NCBI GenBank assembly: GCA_951406725.2
Contig: OX597816.1
Coordinates: 41,726,001-41,790,000, forward strand
Source of the DNA: Octopus vulgaris
Lineage: Eukaryota
Reading direction: 5' to 3'
DNA length: 64,000 nucleotides
Shown here: positions 40,416 through 54,900 of the stretch, piece by piece
Layout of the letters: every line of letters starts with the position of its first letter
Numbering within the stretch: position 1 is the first letter of the stretch
Translations under genes and position numbers: made by a program
Notes under the pieces: model-generated
What the model saw: only the letters and a program-made list of their open reading frames with translations
Database searches by the model: none
What the model was told of the DNA's origin: nothing

Positions 40416-42194
40416 CAAATATCAAATAGATCTAAATAATCACGGATCACTGTTTAAAATTTACCAACATTTTAAATGAGATATACATCCATGCGTACAT
40501 AGTTTCAGGCTCTGTTGCGCTACATGTCTGAAACGCCATATAATCTCGCTGTGCTTCTAGCAACGCTTTATCGGCTGGGTCCTGGCTGACTGTGCACTAA
40601 GCAAAATTAAGAAAAGTGATATATAAGGCATGCTACTGATATCTAAACTTACCATTATATATTATATTTATATTGTGCTTATGGTGCACTCATGTACATC
40701 AAAAGGGACACCTATAACACAAAAGAATGTAAAACTCGACTAACATATACGGTTCCAATTTGAAATAATCTTTATATCTGAAATGCATAAGAGGTGTTAA
40801 ATCATTTAAATAATTATCAAGAATACTTTCATCTAACATTTTGGTGTATATTCAATTTATGCCAGGTAGGAAATCAATTGATATTCGTAAAGTCAAAGAT
40901 GTACATATGTGACTTAACAATAAGCTAATTAATAAATACCTCTAGGGATATGAATATGACTTCATCGCTAAATATTTTGATTCGAGAATAGCATTTGCTT
41001 TGAGCTTGCAGCCAGGAATGTGTTTCATTTGAACTTCCAAATTGCCAACTGTCTGATGGTAATAAAAGTTAGATTTAATTAATTATCAACGCTCAAAAAT
41101 ATCATATAAAGGTAAGTGTATTAGAATGAAAAGGATGACAATATTAACTATTCGATTTGTTATATGGTAATATATTAAAAAGATTATAAGTATTCTTTTT
41201 CAATATAAATAATATCATATAAAAAGGATTGAGCATATTCACCAAAATAGCCGTACTGCTGTATTAGACAATAAGCATAGTGGTATATTAGACAATGGTA
41301 TTATCATTATTATAATTATTAAATTTGTTAGCATATTGTATGTACTGCTATGAGACAATTCGTGATTAGTATTAGAATTCATTACAAAAATATCATTCAC
41401 ATGGGTCCTTCAAACGTGCAATAACACATGTAACAGCTCACCATGAATGATAAAAGTGTACGGTGGGATAGCTAATTAGTAGATGAGTTTGAGCATGGGC
41501 CTGAATAATTTATGGTTATTTACAACATTGCACATACCGTACAGTGTTGTAATGCATATTATTGTGGTCACGTTTGTTTTCTTTCAACACGAGATCAATG
41601 TAAACTTCTTTCGCAGTACTGTTGGCGGTATGTTACTCCTCCCAGAAGTGCTGCTGCAATGGTTCAGCCTCGTAACATCGTAAACTGCTGATATAGTTTC
41701 AGAATTGCTATACAAATATATACTGCAAATTCAACCGCTCACATGTGTATTTTACAAGGCTGTATAAGTTAGGCAACAGACTGAATGCTCGTTGCCTTCA
41801 CTAAAACGAGAACTACCACAAAATCAATTTATGTTTGCATTCATATGAGAAACATAATTTAATGTAGAGACAAAATCTGAGCATTTGAAAAGAAGGTTAC
41901 ATTTAACTCATTAAAGACATAAGCATTTGACTATCAATATGCATGCATACATACATATATACTCATATACATACATACACACACACACACACACGCATAT
42001 ATATCTATATATGTGTGTGCATATACATATTGGAGCTAATGTAAGGACAAGCAAGTTAGTTTTGTCGATATACCAGAAATTTTAGTTACATATAATACAA
42101 AACAATATGTACATATGCATACATATAAAAATCCAACTTACACAGAAATGAAATCATATCAAGTATTAAGGGACTTGAGTAGGAATTTTAAGAG

Positions 42195-42285
42195 TCCAAC
42201 AGCTGTTTCTGGCGGCTTGGTTGTCCAAAAATATGCCTGTAACTTCATAGTATCTTCAGATATTTCCTGTCTCCGGCTTCAGGGA
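42195..42285 (-). ncRNA. Degenerate hammerhead with extended stem II
   Basis: Minus strand: tcc-CTGAAGC-cgg...cca-GAAA-cagctg-TT-gga; core A9 mutated. Confidence 0.4.
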
Positions 42286-43173
42286 AGAATTTTACCTTTG
42301 AGAGGTTACTTGTTCGTGTAATCACATGCATTTCTCATCTTTCACACACTTCGCTAAATCTATTTAATCATATGATAAATTTCCATAATCAGAAGCACCT
42401 TAAACCAAGACATGATCAGCCTTGAAAGTAACTATTTTAAAATACTAAATACACTCCTTCTCTTTCTCTCTCAAACACACATCTCCAGTTTCTTCCAAAT
42501 TCTTCAAATCAACAACTTCACACTTCCCTCTTATCCTCAACACACTCCTTAGTGTCTAAAGGTATTTAAAAATACCCCGCCCCTTTGAAAACTAACCAAT
42601 TTACCTTAATCCCTCCCTACTCACACACCTCCATTTAATTCCATACTCCCCTTTTTGACCATAACATCCCACCCATCCATTGCCAACCCAATTTCTTTGT
42701 CACACTAACAACTATTTTTAACCACCGTGTCACCCTCCAGCTACTGAACTAGTCAAAACATTTGGCTCAAATAATAGACATCGCTGTTTCACTATTCCAA
42801 TTTTTAACTCTATAGACTTCATAAGAACTTACACAAAACCATCCAGGAAATAGATGGTAAATGTTTTTACTTTCCATTCCCTTCGAGTTTTTATCCCTAA
42901 TAGTGGTTTGAACATTAGTCGTTCCTGCTAGCGTGAAAGGAATCCTATGAAGGATATATCTTATGCTTAAATATACACGGCAATAAGAAAATGGAGTGGA
43001 TCAAGAGGTGGTATTCGTCAATTTTTAGACGTAATATTATGTATATTTATTTATTTAAAAATAGCAATTATAACATTATACATACATGTATAACATATTA
43101 TGCTTTACATATATAAAAATACCTGTAATTATTATTAAAATATATAACGTAAAACATAGAAAGTAGAGTAGAT

Positions 43174-43295
43174 TCTTACAGCTGTTTCAGCCAAGAGGTC
43201 ATAGTACTCCACTTTAATCCCATCCCTTCAGTGAACTGAAGTATTTGGTAGATACGTTTAAAGTACTTTTCTGTGCCTCTGGGCTTCGTCAGAGA
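43174..43295 (-). ncRNA. Hammerhead ribozyme motif with a large stem II insertion
   Basis: Minus strand: tct-CTGACGA-agcccagagg-(~75 nt)-cctcttggct-GAAA-cagctg-TA-aga. Confidence 0.75.
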
Positions 43296-43505
43296 GTTTA
43301 GAAGTTCATACGGTTAAGTTCGAAATATAAATACATACATATATATACACTTTTACATATACATACATATACATAAGTATGCATAAATACATCTCTATAT
43401 ATTTATATATACATATATATATACACATATACATATATATATACATATACATACATACATATATATATATACATATACATACATACATATATATATATAC
43501 ATACA

Positions 43506-43562
<57 letters not shown>

Positions 43563-43580
43563 ATGCATACAAAGGAACCA

Positions 43581-43650
<70 letters not shown>

Positions 43651-44055
43651 GGTGTATTATATTATTCTTTTTAAATAAATTATAAACAGAGGAAAAAGAA
43701 AATTATCAAAAGAGAAATAATAGTGGAATTAAAAAGATAAGATGTCAAACAGGCGAGATTTTGTATATGGATCGTTATGTTGTATTCTATAAATACCGCA
43801 ATATAAAATACTACAGAAACAGCTGTCATGAATTTTAAACGTCATATGCATTCCATCTTTATAACTACGCTGCTCGTAGAACAAACCCAAGGGTCGGTTC
43901 CACATTTAGATTCGATTTGGTACTTACACCTCATCAGCATCTTGTCAAACGTGATACATTCATTACTGCTTCCCTAAATACGAACTCTACAGTCTCCCCC
44001 AATCTATTTTTGGCATCCGACGTTGATGTACCTAAATGCTCCTGAGGCCTTATAG

Positions 44056-44098
<43 letters not shown>

Positions 44099-44964
44099 CA
44101 TTAGTTCAGTTTATTTGAAAATCAGGACGGTGGTACATGAGTAATCACGAGAATAAATGTGACGGTTCATGCAAAAATTTGGAAGGGTTTTTATACAACA
44201 TTCCATGTTTTATATCACAAAATTTGTGAAGAGTTGTCGTCAACTATTTCAATATAGACAACCTCTAACACTGTGATATTTAAAGTTTTCCCTTATTTGT
44301 TCCGGTTTTACTCCTAGTTGAAATAAAATGTCACCAAGTGCAGTGTTTGTAGATACATTCGAATCTAAATGTGGATTTCAAAAGTATATTTTGAAATTGT
44401 TGTAACAATATTCACTTATCAACTTATCTACAATTCAATTTGATATATACCTGGCACATCTTTTTAAAAAAGTGCGTTAGAAATTCATTCTATATAGACG
44501 AAATTATTGTTTAAAGTTCAAAATATATAGCACACTATATCACATGACAAAATGATTTCTAACATGAAATAACCATCTCTAGCATTTCAGCTATGCTAAA
44601 TATAAACCCCCAAACTAGTTGTATTTACCTTATATATAATAAATATCTAGATACTACCTCAGCATTACCGTCTATGAAATAAGATGATTCTATGTATTTT
44701 AAGTCATATTGGTTTATACATTTAATTTAAAAATTCATCCTGGGACATTTTGGTCTAAAATAAATGAGGCACTTTTATTTATGTATGTATATATGTATGT
44801 ATGTATTTATTTATGTGTGTATGTATGTAGATACGTATGTATATATGTGTATGTACTTATGTGTGGATGTTATATGGATTATTTATTAATTGATTATCAT
44901 TAGCATTTTCCCTATATTCTACTGGTAGGCTGCTTTTAATATTGTAATATTGTATAGCAGATCG

Positions 44965-45110
44965 TTCAGAGATTAAATTCAGCAGAGGTCAATTTTGCCT
45001 TTCATCATTTCGGGGTCGATAAATTAAGTACCATTTGCATACAGGGGTCGATCTAATTGACTGGCCCCCTCCCTAAAAATGTCGTGCCTTGTGCCTAGAG
45101 TAGAAAATAA
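44965..45110 (+). mobile_element. SINE family B, 3' part
   Basis: gcctttcatcatttcggggtcgataaattaagtacc...gccttgtgcctagagtagaaaa. Confidence 0.8.
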
Positions 45111-46117
45111 TATTGTATTGCAGATATTTTCATTTTAAAATTTGACATGTTGCTACGCTCTGCGTGTTATTTAGTGTTTTTTTTTTTTCTATGAAACGGT
45201 AGAGCATACAGTGACGCCTCGCTTGCATACAACACAAGGTGGCAGTGTCTTCCCAGAAAACTACTCTAGGGTGGCCGGGCATTTCAGAAATTTATTTCTC
45301 TTAACGTTAATGCTTTTGAGTTCCTACCTACTCTTCCTGCATTTCGTATTGTCTGCTCGATTCTATTAGTTTATATCTGTATTAAATTATTCAGTACGGG
45401 CTCTGTATTATATAAATTTATGTGAAAACAGCAAAATCCGTTTTAAGGTACTAGGTTTTAACTTGTGTGGAGTTTATGTTATACATGATGTTGGCTCATA
45501 ATTCTCAGGTTCGGTCCCGGGAAGTTTTCAGAGGGAGTACACAAGGTCAGAAGGGAATATAATTCCAGGAGAAAACATTATTTAGAAAAGGGTACATCTT
45601 TTCTGGGCCGCAGGGAGTGAGGCACGTGCCCCTCAGGCCTCCGCCTTGGGTCCATCTCTGATTCTTGTAGGTGGGTAATGTTTACTATATTCAAACGCGA
45701 CCCATTGTAAACGAATCACTTACTCTCTTTAGATCTAGGAAAATAAATCAGTGCATTGAAAGAAAACCTTTTCAATCATTCGATATTCCATGCAAATCTC
45801 GCAGCAACGCTTAATGTTAAAATTTCGGAATATTTTGCGATTTACTACGAACTTTCCAATCTTTTATAGAGTTCCTTTATTCATCTTATTCTTCTGGGTA
45901 AACCTGTTATCCTCACAACCTGATAAGGTCAGAGTTTCGCTCAAATCGAAGGGTCAAATTTCAGGTAAATTGGAATAATGTTCGGAAAATATTATCTGTA
46001 AATAATATCCATCCTTAATATTCCATGTAACTGTAAATGTATTGGATACAATTATAGACAAGAATCTTAACATTCACACATATACACATGTACTGCCTCT
46101 AACTTGTTATTTAAAAA

Positions 46118-46355
46118 CACTGGTCCTCAACCCGTTTTTGCTTAGGGAGACATTTGATTCCTATTTCAATCTACTAGACCACCATTGTCATTCGATGCAT
46201 ATACAGTTACTGTTTTTCTGTTTTGAAATAATATGAATTGTATAAAAACAAAATGAAATATGTTGTGTATTGTAGCAGTTTAATTCTTATGAATTTTAAC
46301 AACTAAATTTTATATGGACATTCAAATTCATGCGCACCTCAGTTGAGAAGCACTC
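46118..46355. mobile_element. Possible hAT-type MITE
   Basis: Imperfect TIRs cactggtcctcaacc ... agttgagaagcactc (cagtggttctcaac-like); TSD not clear. Confidence 0.45.
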
Positions 46356-46401
46356 TTATAACGAATAAGAAACTTTCAGAAAGGAAAAAAAACCCAGACA
46401 G

Positions 46402-46556
46402 TTCATATCAATTCACAATGGCTCCGATATATATGATATTATAACAAGTGGATAGCAGCAAAGCTGCTTGATGATGGTGTTAGCTTATATCAATTCATAA
46501 TGGCTTCTATATGTGATATAACAAGAGAATTGCAGCAATGCTGATAATGATGTTAG
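46402..46556 (+). repeat. Two-copy ~80-bp tandem repeat
   Basis: atatcaattca(c/t)aatggct...ataacaag...gcagcaa..gctg...tgttag occurs twice. Confidence 0.75.
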
Positions 46557-47951
46557 ACTTCGCGTTGAGACCATCACATGATTTGTCTGTTCTTCTCTTC
46601 CGATTTATTTTGGCATTCGCGTTGCGTTTTTATTCTTCGCTTCTTTTTTACGAATTCAGCGCGCATATTTACATTGTGCGTTTATACTTGTGTTTTCAGT
46701 TCCTTCTCAAAATGGTTTACAGATCACTACCACGTCACGAACATGCGTTCGGATAGAGAGCCTCGCGCTCCGATAGTTCTGAATGACTAATATATGTTTT
46801 AAAAGCCAAGTATTCATTTCATGGGAAGAATAATAGTCACTTTTAAAGGTATGATATCATTTCTGTGTTCTGGCAACGTGAGATATGGAAGGAAGGTATG
46901 TTTCCTTATTACATTTCATTGTGACAGTATAATCATCACTAGTTATGGAGTATAGAAATAGAAATAAAATGCCAATACCTTTAAGAAGTTACATTACTAG
47001 AAACAGTAACATATTGAAAATAGTGTGTCATTCACATGTACTACAGTTATGACGTCTTGTTAATTGACAATAAACAAAAATAATAATTACTGAATTGGCA
47101 ACGTTTCATTCTTATTTGCAATGATTAGGATCCCCTTATGCACATATATGAACCAACTTATCGTTCAATCAAACAGTCAATCAATCAGTCAATCAATCAA
47201 TCAATCAAACAATCAATCAATCTATCTATCTATCTATCTTTCTATCTATATGTCTGCGTGTGTATCTGTCTGTCCAGGTGTGTATGCGTATATGTAAGTA
47301 TGCGGACGTGTGTCTGTGTGCGCAGGAGCGGCATCTGTACGTGAAGAAAGGGTGAAATAAAGAAAGAAGCATATACAACGGCATTGACAAAAACGGCATT
47401 GACAACGGCATTGACAAAAACAGAGGGGATACCACACATGTCTTTTGGATTGCATTTTATTTAGAAATGAGCGTTCTTAGAAGTCATCTGTAAATAAATA
47501 TTTAATTATATGCATCACAGAAACTTATTATACAAGTACTTTACATTTTCCCCGGAACATTACGTAATAGTACACTGAGAAAAAATTGCTGAATCCGCTG
47601 TATCACAAAATTTGAACACTGTTTCATTAAGAGATTTTGACGACGCATAAAGCAAACCTTTTTAATGAATCACACTTATGAATAATGTTGCGTGATGTCT
47701 TTCAGAATCTATTGTAATCTAGGGACAAAGAATATAATTAATCATTACGAAGAGAAAGACCTTGGTGTGATCGTGAAAGAATTAAAAGTCTCGGTAACTT
47801 GAGTTCTGTAGTAGTTGCCTGTGTTTTTTACGCTTTTTCAATATTTTCATTACTTTCATGATTTGTCTGTAAGAAAGTATAATTTAACTTCATTTGAAAA
47901 CTCACACACACCATCCGTTCAGTATGACACACACATACACACATGCAGACG

Positions 47952-47985
<34 letters not shown>

Positions 47986-48497
47986 CACGCATGCACACAC
48001 ATATACACAAACATACATACACGAAAATAATTGATAAGAAATAATAAATAATTAGGATTTCTCGAAATTGCACATTATCTGAACATTTCTTTTTCCTTTA
48101 ATTAATGATTAGAATCCATCATTGAAAAAGAAATTAATGAACACTATTTTTTTCATTCATTATACGATGCCTCATTTCCTTATTCTTATTTCCAACTATC
48201 TAATTGTAGTTTTATTGTTTATTCTGTTGTATAAATTTAATATTATCCTGGTGGAATTTATCAGAAGGAATTCTTAAATTTCTCTGGTGACATTAACGTT
48301 TCCTGGCTGCAAGCATTGTTGAAGCATACATAGAATTTCTTGAATGTGATTTAATATCTATCTGCCACTTTCCTCCATAGATTTATGACATTTTTATCCC
48401 TGACTACCGTATTTTCCTTCCTCGCCGATTGCTTTACTACTTACGATATTATTACCGTATTGTTTTTATTATTATCTTTTGCAATTTGTCTTTACAG

Positions 48498-48553
48498 GTA
48501 TTAGTTTTCATCTTAGTTTGCATGAATGAGAAAGAAATACCTCTTCTGGTTTT
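48498..48553 (+). other. Candidate short exon
   Basis: Acceptor ttgtctttacag, donor gtaagt; one open frame VLVFILVCMNEKEIPLLV. Confidence 0.3.
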
Positions 48554-49414
48554 GTAAGTGTATAGATAAAAAAAAACGTTGCTTCATTGTTTATTTCCAT
48601 TTATTTACTTTTCAATTAAAATACTTTATTTATTTGGTATGCAGATCTCCTAATCCTTAAAATTGAATTTCGGAAGCTCAATAAATTTATGCATATAATT
48701 CTATTTCTAATTGATTTTCTTTAGAATTCCACCATTTATTTTCGCTATATCTATTTCTTCTAGATATCAATTTCTTTTGTTTAGATTTTGATGGCTACTA
48801 TATTTTTATATTTAACCTATGGGATTTTCAGGATAACCAGAATCGATTTACTGATCATTACATGTTTAAGATTATATATCAACGGGTGACCAAGCGATAA
48901 TTCTTTCCTCGTTTTTTTTTTTTAAGTAGTGATAGTTAAGGTACTTGCTTCTATCTCAGTTGTTTGTTATTCAATCCTATATAGAAATTATATGACAAAT
49001 GTACAGTTGAAGGGATTTTAAGCAAGAAAATTAAGCACGATATCTAACTAATGCAAGGCATTTTGTACAATACGCCACAAATTCTGCCACGCTGTAGCCA
49101 TTTGATTTACCCATTATTAATTAACAAATGTTTTTTGTTCATTATATAGTATCTCAGAGATTCTTACCTGTTTAAGTGCTTTGAGCTGTCAATTGATAAT
49201 TGTTGTTGTTGTCGTTGTTGTTTTTCTTCTTCTTTTACTTCCATCCCTTCCTTTTTCTCCTTGCTTACCTTCTCGTCTTCCCCTTTTTATATTTTTCTTA
49301 ATCTACCATCATCATCATCATCAGCAGCAGCAGCAGCAGTAACAGCAGCAGCAGTAACCGCAGTAGTTGTAGCATCAGCAACAGTAATCACAGCGTTTTA
49401 AATAGTAATACAGT

Positions 49415-49608
49415 GGTGAGTTGGCCTATCGGAATGATATTGGTTAGAACACCTAACACTTATTTTTTCTGCTTCATTATATTTAGAAGTTCAAATCCCA
49501 CTGTCATCAGTTTTCATTCCATCGGGCTGATAAAAATTTAGCACCAATCAAGAAAGTTCTCTGGAGTAGCGAGAAACCCATTCCCATGAAAACAGCTTGC
49601 CTTGTGCT

Positions 49609-49610
<2 letters not shown>
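49415..49610 (+). mobile_element. SINE family B, highly degraded
   Basis: ggtgagttggcc...aagttcaaatcccac...gggctgataaaaatttagcacca...gccttgtgcttata. Confidence 0.45.
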
Positions 49611-49665
<55 letters not shown>

Positions 49666-51495
49666 ACTTTTTCATCTTGTATAAGACAATACAAAATTTA
49701 AATACATGCTTTCACAGGACAAATGTTCTTTCAATCACTGTACTACAGATTGTATAGGTATTGTACTTAATCGGAGTATTTTATGAGTTCTTGACGCTGA
49801 CTTTTCCAGGTTTTTTGTTAGTAAATTTCTCCAATCGCATTTGAACGATCTACGAACACCGTGTCCGTGATTATTTCGTGTGATTTGAGCATGTCCCACA
49901 TTATGGATATTTCAGTGTCAAAGTCTTCATTCCTAAACACTTTAATTTGAATATGACTGTGATGTTACAGTCTACTGATACTGATATCATTTATCGTACA
50001 GCCTTCATCCGTGTTATTTGTATTTATGATACTTGGGCCATCTACCTTGATTTCCATATATATGTGCATCGGTATAACATTTACCAAGTCGTTATCTTTT
50101 GATTGTGAAATATTGGTTATAAGTTCTACGAGAATGGCTTCTTTACGTTAGCTGAATCTATAGCAAACATAATTATTAGTATGTATAGGTAGATTCTGTC
50201 AAGACCTTCATCCAGATGGTGCCTTTTGTATATTTCCAACATTTTCTTTCTAGTTAAGAGCCCTAATGTTAACCATTGTTTAGTTTATGATATTAAACTT
50301 TAAAGGCAATACGAGTATAATTAAAGTACCAATAACTTCGTATTTATCAGATGCTTTATTTTCGCTTTAATATCATTGCTTCTATCTCGTAATACTCTTA
50401 CGATTGTGACTATATTTACATTTGTATATGCTTTTCTGATCTAGATCTTGGGTTACAGATGCACCTTAGGTCGTAGTGTGTTGTGCGTACTTGTGTAACA
50501 CTGTGTATGTTAATCTTACTTTTCTTGAATATTTTCCTCACGTTTATCAAATCCGAACTCCGGGCTAATATCATCTATCATCACTGAAGCCCACAATAAT
50601 AGCTAGTAGCTCATACCCTCGATTATCGCCCTTGGTTTAGGTTTTCAGATCGTACACAAAAATACATATTAACTGAAGCTGATATTTTCTGTTTCATTCT
50701 CGAGGCTGTGTTAAAAATAATACGAATTTATAACTATGCTCAGGCGATACCTGTAAAATTCTGTAAGTATAATATTCTAAAATTAGAAATGCATAATATA
50801 AAAAAAAATGTCGCTCAGTCCCACACTGTAATAGCCCCACCCCCACCCCGAGTTTCTATGACAAACATTGTAAACAATTTATTCAAATTTTGTTAATTTC
50901 GTCTGACAGAAAAAAGCTTGCAGTCATCGCGTCAATTTAGACCGTGTGTAAGGATTGAAATAGTTTGAGCAGTAAAAGCTTTGCTGAATGGAGTGGATTA
51001 CAGTCCGTGGTTGAAAAAAAAAAAGAAAGTGTAATGGGAGGATTTGGGAATGAGTCATGAAGGCGTAGTGAATATGGGACGGAATAAAACATAATATAAT
51101 TGCAGTGAATAGAAGTTGCAGGACGGATGAAAATTACACAATGCGTCCGTCGATTAAAATTTGAAGCAGATTTCCAAGTCTTATCATTTTTCCTTAGTCA
51201 TGCATTATTCCCAGATGCTGTTTATGATGTAGCTGCACGTTACAACTACATGGGAACATTAATTCATAAGATTTATATTAAACTCACAGCAACTCCTTAG
51301 TCCATAGGAGCTGGAATAATTTGTGGGTGTCAAAAGATAATCTAGTCTTAGATCTTCATTTTTTTAAAAATATAATTTAAGGTTGAGGATATTCGTGTAG
51401 AAATCTGCTGTAAGAACGGGACCCAAAATTTCATTTCAAGAGTTCATGAAAATGTAACTGGAAGTTGGTCATGATTAACATATATACATAATAGA

Positions 51496-51542
<47 letters not shown>

Positions 51543-51613
51543 TATATATATATATATATATATATAATATGTCTGTGTGCACGCATGTGTATATGAGTGT
51601 GCGTATACACACA

Positions 51614-51651
<38 letters not shown>

Positions 51652-52099
51652 AATGTATTTATTTATTTACATAGCGTTGTATATACACAAATACAAGACT
51701 ACACACAAAAACGCGTGCGCACGCAAAATCTCTGACGCACATATGCACAAACACACACACACACACATATACACTCACGCATAAGGTCGACTACAAACCA
51801 TGTCGAGTAGCGCATATCGATTCATACGTATTCATCCTTTAATTAACAAGTAACTCAAATTTGCTACATTTCTTGCAGGCTTTATTTTTAGTTTCAGCAT
51901 GAAATGGAATAAATTTAGGCGTATTCATGTTTTATAAATTCTGGCAATCAATACCAAACGTATATACAGTATTGATGCATTCAAGAGATGATTTCAGTCC
52001 TTATAGCTGAAAATTACTACTTTTCATAAAAACGAAGTGAATTGCTAATCAATTATAAACATGGATCTGTATTGGTTTTTCAGAAATAATTCAATAAGT

Positions 52100-52263
52100 A
52101 GGCGTAGGTGTGGCTGTGTGGTAAGTAGCTTGCTTACCAACCACATGATTCCGGGTTCAGTTGCACTGCGTGGCACCTTGCGCAAGTGTCTTCTACTATA
52201 GCCTCCGGCCGACCAAAGCCATGTGAATAGATTTGGTAGGAGGAAACTGAAAGAAGCTCGTCG

Positions 52264-52300
<37 letters not shown>

Positions 52301-52565
52301 ATGTGTGTGTGTGTGTGTGTGTGTTTATGTGTGTGTATGTGTGTGTATGTGTGTGTGTATGTTTGTGTGTCTGAGTTTGTACCCAACATCGCTTGACAAC
52401 CGATGCTGGTGTATTTACATCCCCGTAACTTAGCGATTCGGCAAAAAGATACCGATAGACTAAGTACTAAGCTTACAAAGAATAAGTCCTGGGCTCGATT
52501 TGCTCGACTAAAGGCGGCGCTCCAGCATGGCCGCAATCAAATGACTGAAACAGGTAAAAGAGTAA
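52100..52565 (+). mobile_element. SINE family A, full length
   Basis: ggcgtaggtgtggctgtgtggtaagtagc...ggcaccttgcgcaagtgtc...aaatgactgaaacaggtaaaagagtaa. Confidence 0.92.
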
Positions 52566-52723
52566 ATATTGTTTAAACTGCACTTGATATAATGTAACTC
52601 ATTTATGTGGTATTAGGAAGTATGCTGAAATTAAGGTAATTCCTGTCCAGCACCCTTATGACAAATATCTATATAATACATTCTGAACTTCATTCTTTCT
52701 CGATGCTCATTCTTTAATCGCAG

Positions 52724-52800
52724 ATCACAACAAGATTGACATGCTCGCGATGGATGAAATGCCGAAATTGATTATACAACTGACAAAATTTCATTATATT
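52724..52800 (+). other. Candidate exon
   Basis: Acceptor cattctttaatcgcag, donor gtaagt; phase-1 frame open (D)HNKIDMLAMDEMPKLIIQLTKFHYI. Confidence 0.35.
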
Positions 52801-53304
52801 GTAAGTGAAAAACGGTTATACAGATATTAGTATAGTTATAAGCATTTTAATTCTTTAGATGTGCACATTAAAAAATTCCCCTTCAATATCTGGGTACTTT
52901 CTTTGATTTGTCCTAGTTTATATTGTGTTATTTATAGAATGATGATCTGTCGCTATTAAAAGCATTATTTAATCTACGCATCATTATAGATTTAGCTTCT
53001 TACTTACTGGAAATAAAAGTATATGTGTGCCTAATATCATAATGCATTTGCTGTACCGTAGCGTTGTTGCCTTATTTACTCTGTGAATGGAATTCTTCCA
53101 TGAATATGATAAAACTACTTTAGTGAATTGCCGTTGTATTCTATAAGTAATCATCAGTACCCGGTTGCAAGGTGTGTCTACATATGTGCGTTAAGCAACT
53201 CCTCTATAAGCGAAGTCATGCATGTATATATGGGTGTAAATATGCGGAAGGGTGTGACATATCCGCGTGACAATATATGAGATGAAATTCGTATTTATCT
53301 AGTT

Positions 53305-53460
53305 TACGAGGCATTGATGAAAGGTTCCAGGCAATAAGAGTTTCACGAAAGGCTTGGTTTGCAGCCCAAATTTCCGAGTTTGTTTACAGGGTTTAGAAAA
53401 CTTGAAGGACAACTACAACAAATGTGAGACTCTGAGAGGGGAATATGCTGAATAAAATCA
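53305..53460 (+). mobile_element. mariner-derived non-autonomous fragment
   Basis: TIR-like tacgagg start; LENLKDNYNKCETLRGEYAE* matches a mariner C-terminus. Confidence 0.55.
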
Positions 53461-53663
53461 TAATAAGGCAGCAAAACATTTTATGAATTTTGCTGCCTTA
53501 TATGTATATAACCATACGGCACATATCCCGAACACCCTTTAGGTAGTCTCCAACAGCTCTATTTGGTTAACCTCTGAATTTCTTTAACTCTCTAATCTTT
53601 AGTTGTTTCATTCGACATATAAGGACATGAATATACGTATGTATGCGGATGTATGTGCGTATG

Positions 53664-53720
<57 letters not shown>

Positions 53721-53859
53721 GTGTGTGCGTGTCTGTGCGTGCGTGTGTAGGTGTGCATGTATACGTGAATATATGTACGCGTGTATGCGTGTATGCATAT
53801 ATTTATGGGTAGTGTGCATGTGCATATATATATATATATACATATATAGGGATAGTTTA

Positions 53860-54050
53860 CGAAAAGTACAAACGACGAAAACAGATGATGTACAAAACAA
53901 ACAGATGTATTAATATAACGCTCAGGAATAGAAAAAGTCTTTTACGTTTCGAGCCTACGCTCTTCTATAGAAAGGGACAGAAAAAACAAGGAGAGAAACA
54001 AGGAGAGAAAAGAATGTGTGTAGTGGCTAACGATCTAGCATGGCGACTAG
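53860..54050 (-). mobile_element. PLE-like tail with a degenerate hammerhead (53939-53974)
   Basis: Minus strand: cttt-CTATAGA-a-gagc-gtag-gctc-GAAA-cg-TA-aaag. Confidence 0.55.
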
Positions 54051-54602
54051 TGCCGGACAGAAGGCTTGCACACATATATACATATATATACGTACTTATT
54101 TCTTTCTCTCTGATTCCTCAATCCACACTATCACATTAGCCAGTGCAATAAACATATTTAAAGAAACTTGACCATTTTTAGTATTCTCCTCTTCCTTTTG
54201 ACCTTTCTTCATTTTAACTTGCATATGTATTCTCACCTCTCTATCCACTTAATGCTACAGCTACTTTCTCAAATTTCCATTCAGACCACATTATCCCTTT
54301 CAATGAACAGTACGTAGAATCTACGTTTCAACACTTACTATTTGTAATGACAAAATATATACTCCGATTGGAATTTACATACCGCGGACAAGAAACATTT
54401 CTACCACTTCTATACAACACTTTCCTTGGGTAATGGAACTGCAACTATAACATCTTTATATATACTTACTCTTATTTTTACTTCTACATTTATTCTCCTT
54501 TTTTCCTATATACACCTTATTTTTCTTCCTTTTTTAACACAACACCTTATATTGAAATATTAATTGAAATATTAATTTCCCTCTATTTATCCCTCTCAAA
54601 TC

Positions 54603-54650
54603 GTCTCTGATGAAGTTATATCCCTAATATCCCAGAAACAGCTGTAAGAC
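54603..54650 (+). ncRNA. Hammerhead ribozyme motif of a PLE-like tail
   Basis: gtct-CTGATGA-...-GAAA-cagctg-TA-agac; downstream tcctgaaaa...cagc.ttggct shared with the 24571 copy. Confidence 0.65.
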
Positions 54651-54721
54651 TAACGTTCTCTTTATAAATATCCTGAAAATTCCAAACAGCCTTGGCTCAT
54701 TTTATTTAACACAAATACAGG

Positions 54722-54780
<59 letters not shown>

Positions 54781-54900
54781 GCACAAAATATTGTTATGTA
54801 GATTAAGTGAATCGAAGAGGACCCATAATGTGCATAATATCATAAAAACATATGTATATATTCAGGATAAACTTATATGTTAGTTAACTTCAGAGTATTC

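Noticed and set aside
42735-42770. Further hammerhead-like remnant (ccag-ctactga-actagtc-aaaa-catt-tgg)
   Set aside because: Too many core mismatches to distinguish from chance
45505-45660. GC-rich possible MITE
   Set aside because: TIRs too degenerate to support
47374-47421. acggcattgaca 12/15-bp minisatellite
   Set aside because: Three copies only; ordinary slippage
49700-50300. Possible integrase-like remnant on the minus strand (HIQIKVFRNEDFDTEISIMWDMLKSHEIITDTVFVDRS)
   Set aside because: Resemblance too weak to call without BLASTX/HMM; many stops
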